Assembly (NCBI GenBank): GCA_050575255.1
Contig: JBNZDD010013599.1
Span: forward strand, 168,003 to 232,002
Source: Harriotta raleighana
Lineage: Eukaryota
Reading direction: 5' to 3'
Length of the DNA stretch: 64,000 nucleotides
The position numbers and the translations under genes are program-made. Shown here piece by piece: positions 51,776-62,952 of this stretch. The notes under the pieces were generated by a model. The model did no database searches and was not told the origin of the DNA. It saw only the letters and a program-made list of their open reading frames with translations. Each line of letters begins with the position of its first letter. The stretch's first letter is position 1.

Positions 51776-51941
51776 CATTTCTCTGTTGAGGGCCAGCTGG
51801 AGTTCAGAGCTTTACTCTTTGCACCACGACGGGCACCATTTGACTTGTTTGAAAACCGAAAGAAGAAGAACAATATTAAGCTGTATGTGCGCAGAGTCTT
51901 CATCATGGATAATTGTGATGAGCTCATTCCAGAGTACCTTA
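51776..51941 (+). CDS. HSP90AA1: HSP90AA1 exon 6
   Basis: [15 protein letters not shown]...[16 protein letters not shown]; 166 nt. Confidence 0.95.
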
Positions 51942-52119
51942 GTAAGTGTACAGAAAGCAGCCAACTTAATATTTTGTCTATGGATTCCTCATTAATGTAA
52001 TTAACTTTATTTCCAACCTGTACTCTGTATCCTCATATCATGTCGCCAAACTATGTTAATACTTTTAAATTGTGGATTCAAACTAGGATGGCGTCTTAAT
52101 TTTTTTCCCCTATCTCAAG

Positions 52120-52310
52120 ATTTTATGAAAGGTGTTGTGGATTCCGAGGACCTGCCTTTAAACATTTCGCGTGAAACATTGCAGCAAAGCAAGATTCTCA
52201 AGGTTATTCGGAAGAATCTAGTTAAGAAATGTATGGAGCTCTTCATAGAATTGTCTGAGGACAAGGACAACTTCAAGAAGTTTTATGATCAGTTTTCCAA
52301 AAACCTAAAG
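52120..52310 (+). CDS. HSP90AA1: HSP90AA1 exon 7
   Basis: [15 protein letters not shown]...FSKNLK; 191 nt. Confidence 0.95.
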
Positions 52311-52487
52311 GTACATAAGAAGGTTATTAATGGAATTTGTGAGTTTTTTTTAAAAAAAATGCTACATACTTTGGAAGATCAACACTTAACAATTGTGCAG
52401 GGCCATTAGTGCAAGATCATGATTTCATATTTTCATTGTGTTCGAATAACTTCTATTCTATAAAATTTTGTCCCTGTCTCTCAAAAG

Positions 52488-52635
52488 CTTGGAATCCATG
52501 AGGACTCCCAGAATCGTAAGAAGCTCTCAGAGCTGCTCAGGTACCATACCTCAGTGAGTGGTGATGAAATGGTATCCCTCAAAGACTATGTCTCACGCAT
52601 GAAGGATAAACAAAAGCACATTTATTACATAACTG
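52488..52635 (+). CDS. HSP90AA1: HSP90AA1 exon 8
   Basis: [19 protein letters not shown]...KHIYYIT; 148 nt. Confidence 0.95.
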
Positions 52636-52731
52636 GTGAGTTGAGTTAATTTGATACAGTATCGCAAAGATGATAACTTCTTGTCATTTGGGGAAAAAAC
52701 AAACAAAAACTGTTCTCTTTCGTTTTCAAAG

Positions 52732-53000
52732 GTGAAACCAAGGATCAAGTGGCTAACTCTGCTTTTGTAGAGTGGCTGAGAAAACATGGATTGGAAGTGA
52801 TCTACATGACTGAACCAATTGATGAATACTGTGTACAGCAGTTGAAAGAATTTGATGGCAAGACTTTGGTTTCAGTCACTAAAGAGGGTTTAGAGCTTCC
52901 AGAAGACGAGGAGGAGAAAAAGAAACAAGAGGAGAAAAAGAGCAGTTATGAGAATCTGTGCAAGATCATGAAGGACATATTGGAGAAGAAAATTGAGAAA
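52732..53000 (+). CDS. HSP90AA1: HSP90AA1 exon 9
   Basis: [13 protein letters not shown]...[14 protein letters not shown]...DILEKKIEK; 269 nt. Confidence 0.95.
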
Positions 53001-53593
53001 GTAAGTTGACATTAAATTGTATGTTGTACAATATTGAACAGACCTGCACAACTAAAAGTTACGGGTTACTACCTTTTTTATTTTTATAGATGCGAGTCAA
53101 AACTACTGAGTAAAGCTTAACACCAGATGTATTGTTTTCCCCACTTTATATTGTGTACAAAAAATAAATTCCAATCACTTCAGGTTTGAAAATGACTGCA
53201 TTAGGATAGTATTCAACAACTTGAATTTAATCAGCTACTTTCACACACTCTTATTTCACTATATATATTCACCATTTGTGGTTGACATTTTTAAGGTTTC
53301 TGATCCTTTGTTTGGCGAGCTAGATTAGGGAAGTTATTTGAAGTTCAATTTTGCCTCTTGATGTTTTTACATGCAATATTAAAAGCTATATGCTTCCAAT
53401 TATGTATTGTGAAGGCCCAAATATCTTGGCAGTCCAGATGTGTTGCAATAAAGATGCATTAATCTTGGTGCATTTCCTCTCCCAACAAATTGTTAAATTG
53501 AAGTTTCTTGTCTCGAATGAGGCAGATTAATATCCTCACATTTTCATAAATGAAGCCAGTAAATTATATCATTTAACCAAATTTTTCTTTCAG

Positions 53594-53927
53594 GTAACTG
53601 TCTCCAACCGCTTGGTTTCCTCTCCATGTTGCATTGTGACCAGCACTTATGGGTGGACTGCCAACATGGAAAGAATCATGAAGGCTCAGGCTCTTCGTGA
53701 TAACTCCACAATGGGTTACATGGCAGCCAAGAAACATCTAGAGATCAATCCTGATCATCCAATCATTGTAACACTGAAGCAGAGGGCAGAAAATGACAAA
53801 AATGATAAATCAGTGAAGGATCTCGTCATTCTTCTCTTTGAAACAGCACTTCTATCTTCAGGTTTTTCATTGGAAGATCCACAAACTCATGCTAATCGAA
53901 TCTACAGGATGATCAAACTTGGTCTAG
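53594..53927 (+). CDS. HSP90AA1: HSP90AA1 exon 10
   Basis: [33 protein letters not shown]...RMIKLGL; 334 nt. Confidence 0.95.
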
Positions 53928-54306
53928 GTATGTGTTTTTTAAATTAATAAAAGGTATAAGTTGTATTGAAGATCCCTTTTAGCATTAATTATATCTGAAA
54001 ATTGTTCTTGTGCAATATTTCCAGATAAATTTTCCCTTTCAATAACATGAAGCCACTGAAAGATTAATTATACAGTACTAACATTTTACAAATATGGTAA
54101 TTTGTGAGAAAACTATCCCTTTGCTTGCTTTCCCAAACTATATACTTTAGAATGTTCCTTTACAACAACAACAAAATTACACTTGTATAGAGCCTTTCAC
54201 GTCAGGAGGATGCCCTTATCGATACTCAGTGTTACAAGGATTTTTCATTGTTATGGTTCCTTTTATTCGTCTTCATAGCGTGTCTTTTCCCTCCCTGATT
54301 CCATAG

Positions 54307-54416
54307 GAATTGATGAGGAAGACCCAGTTGCAGAGGATGTTGCTGAGCCGGGTACAGAGCAGATGCCACCATTAGAAGATGATGATGATGCTTCTCGAAT
54401 GGAAGAAGTTGACTGA
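54307..54416 (+). CDS. HSP90AA1: HSP90AA1 last exon (MEEVD)
   Basis: catag|ga; [35 protein letters not shown] with TGA at 54414-54416. Confidence 0.95.
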
Positions 54417-54617
54417 GATAAACCAATACATTCTATTTCAAAGTTAAAATTCTCAAGATCTGTTGTAGTAATTAGATTTAAAAGTTCTGACATCTGTTTT
54501 GTAACAGTGTCCCACTTCTGTGAAGTATGGTTGATACTGAAGTTTCTCTCTTCCCCACCCCGTAACTTGTTCAGGTAGTACTAGTACTACAGGTTGTATG
54601 TGGTTATATCTGTGCAA

Positions 54618-54623
54618 AATAAA
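54618..54623 (+). terminator. HSP90AA1 polyadenylation signal
   Basis: AATAAA 200 nt after the stop, followed by GT/T-rich sequence. Confidence 0.65.
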
Positions 54624-54714
54624 GTTGCAAGCTTGGATCGACCTGGTGTGTATTTTTATATATATATATTGCTGGAGAACCAAATCATCAACTGAATCCC
54701 TGAATGAATGGTTA

Positions 54715-55547
54715 ATGATGATGAAATCAGGGTTGCAAAGTTGAAGAGGAAGGTCTTCAGAAGGATGCACGAGAGGGGGTGAAGTACCAAGATTACGGGA
54801 TAGATTTCCAGAGTGGGGGGAGGGACAGGTGCTGAATGCTCAACCTATTATTGAGGGAAGTGCGGGGGACTGAAGCAGGCTGGTGTCTGCTGAGCAGAGG
54901 GAGCAGACGAGCTGATGAGGGGTCAGGTGGGGGGAGCAAGACTCGATTATCAGGAATGGGGAGCCAGTGAAGCTGGTCTAGAATGGGGATGATTGGTTCC
55001 CAAAGCCTGGTGTGGGAGAAGACACAAACAAGCTGCAGAGATAGAAATAATCTGCAGCTTGTGGGAAGTCCAGTGAGCAGGCAGTTGGTGTAGTCAAGCC
55101 AGCATGTGATGAAAGAATAGATCAGTCTCAGGGTCTGTGGTAAATGGCGGAGGTGGGCAATGTTGCGGAGGTGTGGAAAGGCAGAACAAGTCCAGCACGA
55201 TTGCTGGAAGCATAGCTGAGGGTCGAAAAGAACACTCAGCCACTGACACTCAAAATTCATGGCTGAGGTCTTCAGATCACCAGATTGGTATGACTGCAGC
55301 CATGAATTGTGATAGTGTCAGTGATTGAGGCGAGGAGCCAAACAGGAGGACTTCTGTCTTGCCAACATTGAGATGGAGGAAGTTGGCTCTCGTCCAGAAC
55401 TTGATGTCAGCCAGACAATTAGCCAGGAGATCAACGGACCTGGAGTCAAGGGTGGAGATGGCAAGATAGTTAGATGTCATCAGTGGAAATTGACCCAGGA
55501 CTTGCAGATGACATTGCTGATCGGGAGCACGTGTGAGAAGATGGACC
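54715..55547 (-). mobile_element. L2-clade LINE ORF2 3' fragment (decayed reverse transcriptase and C-terminus)
   Basis: CLADIKFWTRANFLHLNVGKTEVLLF and LRNIAHLR...SFITCWLDYTNCLLTGLP...PILDQLHWLPI are typical L2 ORF2 motifs; frameshifted. Confidence 0.85.
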
Positions 55548-56065
55548 TATAAAACTGGATGGAGGTATTGTGTTGCATTATGTTCAGCTGTTTGCCTGTT
55601 TTCAAAGCTGAATGCTTGTGTATACAGTACAATTATATAGTACAGGCAACAATTCTATATGGAGACAGGTTTAAACAAGTGTTTAACTTTTAGCTGGAAG
55701 ATTTACTAAGGTTTTATTTTCTTGATTTCTTTAATTTACGAAAATAGTAGATTGCTGTTTTATACATTGTGTGGCCTCATATAGGGAGTTTGCTGGACCT
55801 TTTGTTTTTAAAAAAAATAGATTAACTTGGTGAGCAGCTACAATAAAGGTAATGAGCAAATCACTTTACAAGATATTCTGGTTTACAAGCTGCAGTTTAA
55901 AACTGTACATTCGATCTGTCTGACTTTATCCAGTTGATACACTATAAAGAAATATTTCCTTAGCAAACACACTGTCAACAATGAGCTTTCTGAAGGAATT
56001 CCTAATACATTTATCAGTGAATGCAGCTCCAGTAACCACAGCCTCACTGATAGCAGAAATAATGT

Positions 56066-56379
56066 AGAGTCCTGTAGCTCAGTGGTTAGTGCACTTGCCT
56101 TGCAAACGAGAGACGTAGATTTGATTCCTGGCAGGACAAGTTTCTGTGCCTAAAGTTTTAGGCAAAACTGATAATAATCCCTCATAAAAACCAACAATAA
56201 ATTGGTCATTTCAATCCACGGCTGTTTGTGGGGATGCCACTATGTGCAATTGGCTGCCGTGTCTTGCCCACAAATAAACAATTAATTCACTTCACAGTAT
56301 ATTCTGTGAAGCGCTTTGGGAACATCCAGAAGATGTGAAAAGCGCTACATCAAATGCAAGGATTATTATTATTATTATT
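56066..56379 (+). mobile_element. full-length SINE
   Basis: gagtcctgtagctcagtggttagtgcac...core...gtgaagcgctttggg...(TTA)n. Confidence 0.85.
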
Positions 56380-57208
56380 GTTAGAAAGGCAGAGCGGCCA
56401 CTAGAGGTCCTCTTGCTATATTCCATGATGGAATCTCATTGCCTGATAGATATTCAACAGTTACTATAGTTTGGTGAACAACTAGCCAGCGCTTAATGTC
56501 CAGGTATTGGCACTCACCCTGGCAGTTATTGCTAATACTAATAGACTTGTTCTCCTCTTTATTGAATTCCACTGAGGTTAAGACATGGTGGCCCTTAATA
56601 TATGGCGAGGGAGTTAAACCATGTGCATCTTGTTGTTTATTATCCCTCTTCAACATGCTTCATAACTTTTCAAAAGAAGGCAAACTAAACCGATAAACCA
56701 GTAAAGCAGTTTGTATCATGTCTGCTTTGCAGGTCATACGTACACACAAAAAAAGGGGATTCCATTAACTGCGCTGTTTCTTTTTTTAACAAAAGATGAC
56801 AAATGCAACATAGGAGATTGTTATTGCTGAAGCTAATTAAAATGGTGATTAAAGACATGCACTGCATCGAATTACGAGCTCACTACTGGGGACTTTAATA
56901 ATTAATCAATTAATTAATGTTGGATTAATGTCACTTACCTATTAGCTGTAGTGTCTGGTGGGGGGGCTGTGCTCTTCCCTCTTTATTTGCACCTGTGGCT
57001 TCCCCATCAAGGATTCCTTTCTCATTGGCAGATATAACTCTAGCAGTCAGTCATCCTTGAGGAGATGGAAATTCATTTTTTTTTAACTGGGGACTCGTTG
57101 AGAGTAAAACTAGGTGGTGTTTAGCTGAGTGTTTGAGGAGAGAAACTGTGTGTATTGGTTTCTTTCTTTTCTTTAACTATTTATTAGGTAGGGTGGGTGG
57201 TAGGCAGC

Positions 57209-57254
57209 ATGTCAGCCAGAAAGAAAAAGAGACGTATTCGGTGCTCTGCTCAAG
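57209..57254 (+). CDS. uncharacterised gene, first coding exon (MSARKKKRRIRCSAQ)
   Basis: pyrimidine tract and ttattag| acceptor at 57187; AGC ATG with A at -3; donor AAG|GTAAAG, phase 1. Confidence 0.6.
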
Positions 57255-57799
57255 GTAAAGGAGTGGGAGGGGAGAGGTTGTTGGCATTTAAGAAGATGCT
57301 TGTTAGTGTAAAAAATATTTGAATAGTGAGTGGTACAAATCCGATAGTTGAATGAATATGATGCAGTGAATGTACTTGGACTTTTTATACCCCCACCAAA
57401 CTTACATTTCCTTTAAAACTTCTCCTCCATCTCACTCAGACACTGGTACATTTTTGTTCTCCTTTCCTCCCACCAACCTCAATTAGTGAATTGAAATAGT
57501 ATTATTGCAGGTCCTTAATGCAGGAGCTCTCAACCAATTAGGGAAATCCATCTGGAGGTGAGCCACCTGTGTGAACATGATTCAAACCAGGTCATTCAGA
57601 AATCTCCCCATGTCAGCAACTGAATAAACATTTCCTGGTTTGTTGTTTGATATCAGGATCTTATCCTAGATCCTTGCATCCTCTAATTCACAAATTTGCT
57701 GACATAATCATACCAGATAAGGATTAGACAATTTCCGTTCTTCTTGGCAGTTATAAAACCAACTGTCAGTAATATCTTTTAAGTTTAGAACTCCTACCT

Positions 57800-57969
57800 C
57801 AATCCCCTTCGTCTTGCCCCCTCCTTTCCCATCTTCCGGTTGCCCCTTTCTCTTCGACTGCGCTTACGGTCACATTTCACCTTCCCCCTGGCTCGGCCTC
57901 GGCCATTGTGAAGCCTCTGAGACGCAGCCTGGCATGGACCGCTCTATACAAATGAAAGTTGTTGTTGTA
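57800..57969 (+). mobile_element. L2 LINE 3' tail
   Basis: ttcgactgcgcttacggtc...cccctggctcgg...gtgaagcctctgagacg...ctatacaaatgaaa(GTT)n; paralogous copy at about 33370-33480. Confidence 0.65.
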
Positions 57970-58163
57970 TCTTGTTCAAAACTGACTTTTTTAATAACAA
58001 AAATGCTTCTCTCCAGTTTTAATGGTACACCAGATATCTAATGGTTAACATGAGTATTGCTGTGTATACCTAATGCAGTCATTGTTTGCCATCAAGTATA
58101 AATGAAGCCTGAAATAATTTATAATGGAACATCTTTAACAGTGGCAGTTTTTCTTTGTTTCAG

Positions 58164-58228
58164 AACCATTTAGAATAAGCAGAGAGAGAATTCCAGACGG
58201 TATGGAATTATTGGCATGCAAGTACCAG
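58164..58228 (+). CDS. uncharacterised gene, exon (EPFRISRERIPDGMELLACKYQ)
   Basis: tttctttgtttcag| acceptor; only the phase-1 frame is open; donor CAG|GTGATG, phase 0. Confidence 0.55.
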
Positions 58229-58332
58229 GTGATGTGGAACTTATATTGAAACAATTGCCTAATGTACCAAATATATTTAATGTGGGGAAATAAGGAGGAA
58301 TGAATAATGTGTATTTTTTTCTCTTTTTCAAG

Positions 58333-58386
58333 GAAAAATGTAGAGTAGAATCAAGTACGGAATCTGAATCCGATACTTATATTGAG
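58333..58386 (+). CDS. uncharacterised gene, exon (EKCRVESSTESESDTYIE)
   Basis: ttttttctctttttcaag| acceptor, GAG|GTAATT donor, 54 nt, phase 0-0. Confidence 0.6.
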
Positions 58387-58466
58387 GTAATTATTTCCCC
58401 CTTCCCCTTAAATGCCTAAAATCTTGCCTAATGTTTGATTTAAAAGTTTATTTTGCCCACTTACAG

Positions 58467-58517
58467 GTTTTGATGAACCCAATTGTTGGCTCTGCAAAGA
58501 AACTGGATATAACAAAT
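58467..58517 (+). CDS. uncharacterised gene, exon (VLMNPIVGSAKKLDITN)
   Basis: cccacttacag| acceptor, AAT|GTAAGT donor, 51 nt, phase 0-0. Confidence 0.6.
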
Positions 58518-58579
58518 GTAAGTGTATCGCACTGTTTGAAATTGGAAATAATTCTAATCCTTGCATTTGATGTAGCGCT

Positions 58580-58780
58580 AATAATCCTCCCAAACAAAAA
58601 CCACAATAAAATTGGGTGATTTTCAATCCACGGCTGTTTGTGGGACACTGCTGTGTGCAATTGGCTGCCATGTTTCACCCACAAATATAGTCGATTTGCT
58701 TTACAGTACATTCTGTGAAGCGCTTTGATATGCCTAGAAGACATGAAAAGTGCTAAATCAAATGCAAGGATTATTATATT
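58580..58780 (+). mobile_element. 5'-truncated SINE in the last intron of the uncharacterised gene
   Basis: family core and tail. Confidence 0.8.
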
Positions 58781-58921
58781 ATAACTGGAATTCACCGCAT
58801 TACCAGAAGCCAAAATGCTCATCTTTGTTTCCCTTCAATTTTAATCAAATAAAACTATCTGAAGAGAACCTTTTTGAACTGTTGGAAATACTTTGGAACT
58901 ATTTCTTGGTGTTAATCTTAG

Positions 58922-59512
58922 CATTTGGATCCTTACGACGGAGACTCTGAAAACACTTCAAGTCAATCTGACAGCAGTAAAATCCACCCAGAGGATATCT
59001 ACATTGATGAGCCAGGATATCAATCCCATTCTCTTGTAGCAGCTGATGAAGAGAAGTTGTCAAAATTTCAAGAAGCGTCAGTGATGAATTTTGAACCTGC
59101 GTGCACTTCTATACAACTGAACACCACAGTTACAGAACCTTTGCTTGAGTCAATGCAATCCAGCAGTGAGACTGCACTTCAATCAAAACAAGAGCAGGAG
59201 CAGTTGGAAACCGATCGACTTGCGCCAGGTACAAAATGTGGAGATAATGGTCTGTCACCAGATTTTATTTTTTTTGCTGAGCTCCCTCCAGTAAATATAG
59301 GCAAGGGTGAACTTGCAATTGTGAACATGTTCACTCCAGGAAGCCATGGGGATGATGAACACAGGCATCAAGACTTTCACTTTTGCTCGTTACCAGTCTT
59401 ACAGCCTCCGAGTGAAATTGTTAAAGAAAGGTTGTCGTCAAAAAGAAAGCTGGGGAACCCTTTGATGGATGCAGGCAACGGAAAGATGCGCAAAAAGAAG
59501 TGGTGGGATTAA
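58922..59512 (+). CDS. uncharacterised gene, last coding exon (HLDPYDGDSENTSSQSD...KRKLGNPLMDAGNGKMRKKKWWD*)
   Basis: aatcttag| acceptor in phase 0 with a 197-codon open frame, the longest non-repeat ORF outside the recognised genes; AATAAA at 59764-59769. Confidence 0.7.
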   Translation, partial: HLDPYDGDSENTSSQSDSSKIHPEDIYIDEPGYQSHSLVAADEEKLSKFQEASVMNFEPACTSIQLNTTVTEPLLESMQSSSETALQSKQEQEQLETDRLAPGTKCGDNGLSPDFIFFAELPPVNIGKGELAIVNMFTPGSHGDDEHRHQDFHFCSLPVLQPPSEIVKERLSSKRKLGNPLMDAGNGKMRKKKWWD

Positions 59513-59763
59513 AAAGTTTTTTTATTCTTTCACAGTGGCGAATTGATCTGTAAAAATGAAATTGTAGCACGATTACTTGCTATCCAAAGGGTATGTTGAC
59601 TGCTGGGTGGAATGCAGTTTCTGTGTTACTGTGTTTGATTTGGCTGCGTACAATTGGGAAAACTTCACGTTTTGCTCTTGGCCAGAAAGGCCAAGTGAAA
59701 TGTCAACTACTGTGTATATCTTGAGGCCAAGAATGCCAGATTGCAGTCTCTTCACAAGTTTAA

Positions 59764-59769
59764 AATAAA
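59764..59769 (+). terminator. polyadenylation signal of the uncharacterised gene
   Basis: AATAAA 250 nt after the stop, T-rich downstream. Confidence 0.5.
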
Positions 59770-60813
59770 AATGCACTAAGATTTACCCCTTTGATTTGAT
59801 TTATATCTTCATTATTTCACATAAGAGGCAATTGTATCCTGGATTAATTTTGGGTTGTTTAATGAAAGCTCCTGGCTTGATCATGGTTGATCAGTTAATT
59901 TACACTGGTCATGAAATGAGTTGGAATTTTACTAACTGCAGAAAACATCTACAGATTTCATAGCACCAAGGAGCTGGTGAATGACTTAGCCATTTGCAGA
60001 AATTAGATGGAAAGAGATGAAAGAGTTTTACACATTCTAGGTCTCTGCTCATAGTTAATGGGTTAGGGTTGGAGGATCCAACTCCTAATTTAATTGGGAC
60101 TTCCTTAGATCCAGGCATGAGATGCTTATCTGGAAGTTAAACCAACTGCAACACCTTTCAGCATAGACATTGTGACATTCTATGAAGGGGGGGGGGAATA
60201 GAGAAATCTTGCAGGAAGCAACTTCTACAGTGAATCATGTACATGTTTCTTCAGTAATATAATCACCTTTAACATAAATGCACTGTATATTATGAGCTGG
60301 TTTGAGCTTGTGATAATTGGAATGTACACAACCACAAAAGTTGGTAACTTTTGCCTTGCAACAAATCCACAGAAAAGCTGAGATACAGAAGGTATCTTAC
60401 GCACCATGTTTCTTATATACTTCAAATGCCAAAAAAAACTCATGAAATGCCATAATAGGTTAATATTTGCAAGTCCTGTTGGAAATTTAATTCTAGAAAT
60501 GTATTTTCAGACTCCCAAGACTCCACAATCATGATGTATCATTTCATATTTACCATAAAACAAACCATCGACCACAGAACATTTTCCAACTCTTGTCACA
60601 ATCTCCGCCAAATCCATCAACCATCCTTACATAGTGCATTAGCTCCACAAACTATCTCTTCTCATACCATCTAATCACCTGTACAGAATCTTTCTAGAAT
60701 CGTTCATTATGTCGAAAGTGATACAACTACTCAGTTACTTCTACAGATTAGCACATACAACACAATTATCTGCTAAATTTATGACGTGTTTCCAAGCATC
60801 CATAGTTTAAGAT

Positions 60814-60969
<156 letters not shown>

Positions 60970-61317
60970 TTAGTTAGCTCTAAAATGGATTTGTAATCAC
61001 AAATAGACTTGGATAATTCTATATAACAGTTTTCCTAAGTTCATTAAAGGGCCAGGGTTTTCATAGATCAATCTTTGAATGTTTAACCTGGTCAGTTCTT
61101 TGCCCTCCTAACTCTCTCCCACCCCTTTCCCCTACCCTGCCCATTCAGGGCCTTGGAAAGACCTCCCGACGTAAAATGCGCTCTCTAAATGTGTTGTTGT
61201 TGTTTGCAATCAGTATCTTGCCAGCAGCTGGCTGGAATTCTTTAATCCTTTGCTATTCAAACTGCAACAATAGCATTACCAGTACACGTTCAGCAAAATG
61301 TGTTGTCCTTCACTTAC

Positions 61318-61445
61318 CACGTTAGCTTTCTTTTCAGCGTAGGTCTCTTTAACCCATCTTAGCTGTGTCAGAGGCAATTCGGTGGAGATTAAAGTAGACA
61401 AGGACAGTTTATTGTTGTTGCATACAGCACCCTGCAGACCAAGGC
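61318..61445 (-). CDS. DYNC1H1: DYNC1H1 penultimate coding exon
   Basis: [16 protein letters not shown]...LTQLRWVK...KANV|gtaagt. Confidence 0.93.
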
Positions 61446-61976
61446 CTAAAACAGACAAAAGAGGAAGGTATTGGTTTTAAAATAAGCAATTTTCCTCATA
61501 ATATCCCAAACTGAGTTAGAAACCATCTTCCAATTCTCACAATCTGGACCCGGCTGTCAGAGAGTGTGTCCCTGCAGTGAGCAGCGTCACCAACAGCAAC
61601 GAGTCCTGTCCTCCCAACACAGCCCTCAACACTGTCCTCCCAACACAGCGCAGAACACACAACTTCTACACAAAGATTCATATAAAGTTACAAGTAAGCA
61701 TCGCTTTGGGAACTAATTGAAGTTCAAACCCCTTTAATGTTTCCCATTATTGATCAAAGGATAACTTAACTAGCGTGGAAAGTGGTTGGGGTCCCACTTG
61801 CTGAAGTATTTGTTGGACGGGGAGAGGTGATCAGTTGTATTTTAATTGTTCTGAACCTGACCCGAATGCTTGATGCTGACGTTCAGCATTACTAATTTCG
61901 ATGTGCATCAGATTCCACACTCAATACCCCCACAATACACCCACGATACACAACAAGCAGGATTTTGTTCACTAAC

Positions 61977-62145
61977 CAGTTATCCCAAAACTGCAAGCAT
62001 CGAGTAATTGCGTTTGACTGTTTGAAACAGTGACTTCCAGACAAAGTTCCTCCAGTGACCAACTGTTTGCTTGAGCCACATACTGCTGTGTTGCTGTGAT
62101 ATAAGCCTCAGGTGCATACAAGCCGCCAAGCCACACATGGACATT
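61977..62145 (-). CDS. DYNC1H1: DYNC1H1 exon
   Basis: [38 protein letters not shown]...; 169 nt. Confidence 0.93.
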
Positions 62146-62567
62146 CTACAGTAAAAATAAAACAATTAAATCAGTGTGAGACATGGAAACACCTTTACAC
62201 TCTCAACAATTCAACAGTAAATTCAACCTATACCCAGGAAGTAATTTCATTGTGCTGGCTAACCTTCAACTTCCATTAGTACTTATAACTAAACATCAAA
62301 GAGGATAATATTTACCCCTGGAACTGGCAGTTTTTGTTAAAACAGAATCTAAAAAATCCTAGTTGCATTTAACCTTTTTTTTCTACTCTCGATGTTGAGA
62401 TATAAAAAAGTTTAATAAGTAAATTTCATTTCAATGGCTGTATTAGGGACATTGCCCTGTGCAAATTGACAGTATTGTAAAATGGAAAGCAAACTACCAG
62501 ATTAGTAGTAATGTTATAACCCTCCCCGAATTTGGTAAAGTGCATTTCATGTCCAGAGGCTGACATC

Positions 62568-62762
62568 ATAATAATAATCCTTGCATTTGATATAGCGCTT
62601 TTCACATCTTATCAACGACATCTTATCAAAGTCTCAAAGCGCTTCACAGAATGTACTGTAAAGTGAATTGACTGTATATTTGTGGGTGAAACCTGGCAGC
62701 CAATTGTGCACAGCAGCGTCCCCACAAACAGTCGTGGATTGAAATTATCAATTTTTATTGTT
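62568..62762 (-). mobile_element. 5'-truncated SINE in a DYNC1H1 intron
   Basis: reverse complement of the core and tail. Confidence 0.8.
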
Positions 62763-62809
62763 GACATCTGAAAAGGTTGCATTTTGGAAAGAAATGTGAG
62801 ACTGTCGAC

Positions 62810-62952
62810 CTTTAATTCCTTTGCTCCTCCGGTGGTCGCTGCCTGAGAGATGTACTGCAACTGCTTTATACGGTCACTGAAGTCAGTCACCCACTGGATA
62901 ACCGTCATATCAGCAGGAATTGTGTAGCGAGTCCAGCTACAAGGCAGGATTC
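62810..62952 (-). CDS. DYNC1H1: DYNC1H1 exon
   Basis: [32 protein letters not shown]...GGAKELK|gtcgac. Confidence 0.93.

Noticed and set aside
54793-55480. 155-aa and 67-aa minus-strand ORFs
   Set aside because: Frameshifted remnants of L2 LINE ORF2, not a host gene or an active retroelement.
57511-57560. Acceptor-like attattgcag in the first intron of the unassigned gene
   Set aside because: In the required phase 1 it gives an immediate stop (GT CCT TAA).
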